Shown one piece after another: positions 60,854 to 64,000 of a DNA stretch of 64,000 bases. A program made the position numbers and the translations under genes. How positions within the stretch are numbered: position 1 is the stretch's first letter; each line of letters starts with the position of its first letter. Under the pieces are notes generated by a model, which searched no databases, was not told the DNA's origin, and worked only from the letters and a program-made list of their open reading frames with translations. The DNA is from Alphaproteobacteria bacterium (lineage in GTDB: Bacteria > Pseudomonadota > Alphaproteobacteria > MPNO01 > UBA830), in NCBI GenBank assembly GCA_038146925.1, contig JAYQSP010000008.1, positions 31,901-95,900 of the forward strand, in the 5' to 3' direction.

Positions 60854-61675
60854 ATGGCCGATGCCGCAGAAAACGCGAAATCCGAAGCCGCCGCCGGCAC
60901 GATGCATGTCCGCAAGGAAAACGGCATCGGCTGGATGATCTACGACCAGCAGGCCAAGTACAACGCCGTCACCTACGACATGCGCCGGGCCATCCCCGGA
61001 ATCATGGCCGACTTCGAAGCGGATGAAGACGTACGCGTGGCGGTGATCGCGGGCGCCGGCGACAAGGCGTTTATTTCCGGTTCCGATATTTCCCAGTTCG
61101 GCGAAAAGCGGTCGTCGGAAGATGCGCGTCGGATGTACGACGAGGCCTCGGAACAGGCCAATCTCGCGATGCGGGAGTTTTCCAAACCGATGATTGCGAT
61201 GATCCACGGCTACTGCCTCGGTGCCGGTGTACTGACCGCCATGCTGTGCGATTTTCGCATTGCCGCCGATAATGCCCGGTTCGGCGCGCCGCCTGCCAAG
61301 CTCGGTCTCGGCTTCGGCTATGGCGGCGTGGACGACCTGGTAAAGCTGGTTGGTCCTGCCTACGCCGCCGAGATGCTGTTCACCGGCGATCGCTACGGGG
61401 CGGAGGACGCCCTGAAAATGGGCATGGTGAACCGGGTGGTGCCATATGCGGATCTCGAATCCACAGTGCAGGAAATTGCCGCTACCATCGCCGCCAATGC
61501 GCCGCTGACCCTGAAATCGGTCAAGACGTCGATCCGCAACACCCAGCTCGACGAAAGCGCCCGCGACATGGCCACCGTTCAGGCCCAGATCGACGCCTGC
61601 TTCGCCAGCGACGACTACAAGGAAGGCCGCCAGGCGTTCATGGAAAAGCGCAAGCCGGTGTTCAGGGGGAAGTGA
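60854..61675 (+). CDS. Enoyl-CoA hydratase/isomerase family protein
   Basis: AFISGSDI, KP.IA.I.GYCLGAG, CD.RIA, P.AKLG, S.DY.EG..AF.EKR.P.F.G. Confidence 0.9.
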   Translation: MADAAENAKSEAAAGTMHVRKENGIGWMIYDQQAKYNAVTYDMRRAIPGIMADFEADEDVRVAVIAGAGDKAFISGSDISQFGEKRSSEDARRMYDEASEQANLAMREFSKPMIAMIHGYCLGAGVLTAMLCDFRIAADNARFGAPPAKLGLGFGYGGVDDLVKLVGPAYAAEMLFTGDRYGAEDALKMGMVNRVVPYADLESTVQEIAATIAANAPLTLKSVKTSIRNTQLDESARDMATVQAQIDACFASDDYKEGRQAFMEKRKPVFRGK

Positions 61676-61706
61676 ACGAAAGCGGATGCATTATGAAAAC
61701 AAGTTT

Positions 61707-61819
61707 CTCATTTCCCTCGAGGGGGAGGGTCAGGGAGAGGGTGATCTGTCCGCTAAACGCCGTCTGATTTGGAGGCCGTCCCCCTCTCCGTAGACTTCTC
61801 TCCGCAGGGGCGAGGGGAC
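61707..61819. repeat. Palindromic interspersed repeat (RIME/CIR-like), copy 2
   Basis: CCCTCGAGGGGGAGGGTCAGGGAGAGGGTG...CCCCCTCTCCGTAGACTTCTCTCCGCAGGGGCGAGGGGAC between convergent genes. Confidence 0.72.
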
Positions 61820-61844
61820 CAGGTCGGGTTTCGACGCGCGACCC

Positions 61845-62867
61845 TCAAAAACTCCGGTGAATCGCGAACTCGACCGCTTCGTTCAGCGACGCTTTTATCT
61901 CGCTGTCCGGGAAGGGTTCGAGCGCGGCGCGCGCCTTTGCGCCGTACTCGCGGGCGCGTTCCATGGTCGCGGTCAACGCGCCGGATTTTTCCAGCATGAC
62001 GACGGCGCGGCGGAAGTCGCCTTTTTTCTGTTCCTGATCTTCCAGGGTGCGGCGCCAGAAGGCCTTTTCGTCGTCGTCCGCCGCGTTGAATGCCAGAACA
62101 ATGGGCAGGGTGATCTTGCCGTCGCGGAAATCATCGCCCACGGTTTTGCCCAGGGTCGCCTGGCGCGCGGAATAATCGAGCACGTCGTCGACCAGCTGGA
62201 ACGCCATACCGATATTATGTCCGAACGAATCGAGTGCGCGCCAGTCGTCTTCGGGCCGTTCGGCGACGACGGCGCCGATCTCGCTCGCCGCGGCGAACAG
62301 TTTGGCGGTCTTGGAGCGTATGACTTCCAGGTAATCCGCCTCGGTCGTCTCGGTGTCGTTGGCGGTGACCAGTTGCAGCACTTCGCCCTCGGCGATGATC
62401 GACGAGGCCTGCGACAGAATGCGCAACACGTCTAGATTGCCGTCCTCGACCATCAGCTCGAACGCGCGGCTGAACAGAAAATCGCCGACCAGCACGCTGG
62501 ACTTGTTGCCCCAGACCGCATTGGCGCTGGCCGCGCCCCGGCGCAGGTCGCTCTCGTCGACCACGTCGTCGTGCAGCAGGGTCGCGGTGTGAATGAACTC
62601 GACGCAGGCGGCGAGGCCGATATGACGGTCTCCCCCATAGCCGCACATGCGCGCGCTGGCGAGGGTCAGCATCGGGCGCAGCCGTTTGCCGCCCGCCGCG
62701 ATGATGTGGCCGGCAACCTGCGGTATCAGAATGACCGGGCTGTCCATCCGGTCGATGATGGTCTGGTTGACCTGCTGGATATCATCCTGCGTCAACGCGG
62801 TCAGCGCGTCGATGGACGGTTTCGGACGTTCCTGACGCTCACGGTCGAGATCGACAACGACGCTCAC
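61845..62867 (-). CDS. ispB: Long-chain polyprenyl diphosphate synthase
   Basis: GGKRLRP, HTATLLHDDVVD....RRG, LVGDFLFSR, KTA, FQLVDDVLD, GK..GDD...GK.TLP; GTG start estimated. Confidence 0.92.
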   Translation of the reverse strand: MSVVVDLDRERQERPKPSIDALTALTQDDIQQVNQTIIDRMDSPVILIPQVAGHIIAAGGKRLRPMLTLASARMCGYGGDRHIGLAACVEFIHTATLLHDDVVDESDLRRGAASANAVWGNKSSVLVGDFLFSRAFELMVEDGNLDVLRILSQASSIIAEGEVLQLVTANDTETTEADYLEVIRSKTAKLFAAASEIGAVVAERPEDDWRALDSFGHNIGMAFQLVDDVLDYSARQATLGKTVGDDFRDGKITLPIVLAFNAADDDEKAFWRRTLEDQEQKKGDFRRAVVMLEKSGALTATMERAREYGAKARAALEPFPDSEIKASLNEAVEFAIHRSF

Positions 62868-62945
62868 GTTTGCCTCGATTCTTGACGATTGCAGTGCACA
62901 CACGGAACATAGTCCGGGCAAGGTGACGGTCAAGGCGGAAGGCGC

Positions 62946-63164
62946 GTGAAAGAACTGTTCCGATCCAACGAAATGGTGTTCCTGTCCTGGGCGGAAGCGC
63001 TGCTCAAATCCGAGGATATCGAAATGATCGTGCTCGACGGGCATATGAGCGTTCTCGAAGGCAGCGTCGGCGCCATCCCGCGCCGCGTCATGGTGGCGGA
63101 CGAAGACTACAACCGAGCTTGCCGCGCGTTGCGTGATGCAGGCGAGGGAGACCGCCTTGTCTGA
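62946..63164 (+). CDS. DUF2007 domain protein
   Basis: MKELFRSN..V.LS.A.ALL....I, D.HMSVLEGS.G..PRR.MV. Confidence 0.85.
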   Translation: MKELFRSNEMVFLSWAEALLKSEDIEMIVLDGHMSVLEGSVGAIPRRVMVADEDYNRACRALRDAGEGDRLV

Positions 63165-63921
63165 CGCCGTCGGCGGGGTTCCGTCCGGAGAACTGACCGA
63201 GGACAGATTTCTCGACGGCACCGTCATTCTGCGCCAGCCGGCCGAAGGTTACCGCGCGGCGATCGACCCTGTGATGCTGGCTGCCGCGGTCGATGCCGGA
63301 CCGGGCGACCGGGTGTTGGAAGCGGGTACCGGTCATGGCGCTGCGGCGATTTGTCTCGCGCGGCGGGTGCCGGATTGCAGCGTGACCGGTCTCGAAATTC
63401 AGCCGGATCTGGTACGGCTCGCCAACGACAATGCCCGGCTGAACGGCCTGTCCGGCAGCGTACAGGTGATGGTCGGCGATCTGGTAAGGCCGTTGCCGCG
63501 CATCGCCGCCGGGGGCTTCGATCATGTGCTGGCCAATCCGCCGTATCTGGACAGCTTCCGGGCGGACGTATCGCCCGACCCCGGACGCGCCGCCGCCAAT
63601 GTCGAGGGAGTGGCGGACCTTCGCGACTGGATCGGTTTCCTTTTGCGCATGGTGCGGACCAAGGGAACGATCACGCTGATCCATCGCGCCGACAGGCTGG
63701 ACGAAATTCTCGCCCTGCTGCACGGAAACGCCGGCGAAACGGTGGTCTTTCCGCTGTGGCCCAAACGGGGGGTGGCCGCCAAGCGGGTGATCGTGCGGGC
63801 GAGAAAAGGAATTCGCACGCCTTTGGCGTTATCTCCGGGCCTTGTTTTGCACGAAGAAGATGGCACCTATACGGAACAGGCCGACGCGATCCTTCGCGGC
63901 GGCCCCTGCATTCTTCGTTAG
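63157..63921 (+). CDS. SAM-dependent methyltransferase (tRNA1(Val) m6A37 / TrmN6-like)
   Basis: QP..GYRA.IDP..LA, VLEAG.G.G, ANPPY, IHRADRL; GAGGGAG SD before the TTG. Confidence 0.85.
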   Translation: MSDAVGGVPSGELTEDRFLDGTVILRQPAEGYRAAIDPVMLAAAVDAGPGDRVLEAGTGHGAAAICLARRVPDCSVTGLEIQPDLVRLANDNARLNGLSGSVQVMVGDLVRPLPRIAAGGFDHVLANPPYLDSFRADVSPDPGRAAANVEGVADLRDWIGFLLRMVRTKGTITLIHRADRLDEILALLHGNAGETVVFPLWPKRGVAAKRVIVRARKGIRTPLALSPGLVLHEEDGTYTEQADAILRGGPCILR

Positions 63922-63937
63922 GTGATATAAGAAAATA

Positions 63938-64000
63938 ATGGGCATCGACGACATCAAAACCATCCTTGGCGACTTGCTCGCCAAGCTTCCTATCGAACGC
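63938..64000 (+). CDS. 5' end of the next gene (truncated; product not determinable, possibly an S49 peptidase from synteny)
   Basis: ATG at 63938 is open to the window end: MGIDDIKTILGDLLAKLPIER. Confidence 0.4.
   Translation, partial: MGIDDIKTILGDLLAKLPIER

Overview
Chromosomal segment of a GC-rich (about 63-65% by eye) alphaproteobacterium, probably a marine Rhodospirillales-like lineage. The affiliation is inferred from ccrM, an alpha-type LexA box and the atpI-smc-dsbA-dciA-mutY and moaB-slt-udg-etfQO-TPR-ispE gene orders. Most of the window is housekeeping, transport and catabolic genes, plus tRNA-Gln(TTG) and tRNA-Pro(CGG). The outstanding feature is a ~6.7 kb low-GC block (about 24190-30900) just downstream of tRNA-Gln. 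It carries a complete proteorhodopsin photosystem (green-tuned DTE proteorhodopsin, crtE, crtI, crtB, crtY, blh; no idi) and is flanked on both sides by decayed GC-rich genes. Its crtI appears to need a non-canonical ATC start. Other points of interest: a UbiD-family decarboxylase with a C-terminal winged-helix-like extension; a ccrM promoter with seven GANTC sites and a perfect DnaA box; a PEP-CTERM gene with a sigma54 promoter and enhancer site; a LexA box ahead of a PA0069-family radical SAM gene; two copies of a palindromic repeat; a four-hairpin intergenic array; and several eroded pseudogenes. All family calls come from motif recognition by eye; no database searches were run.
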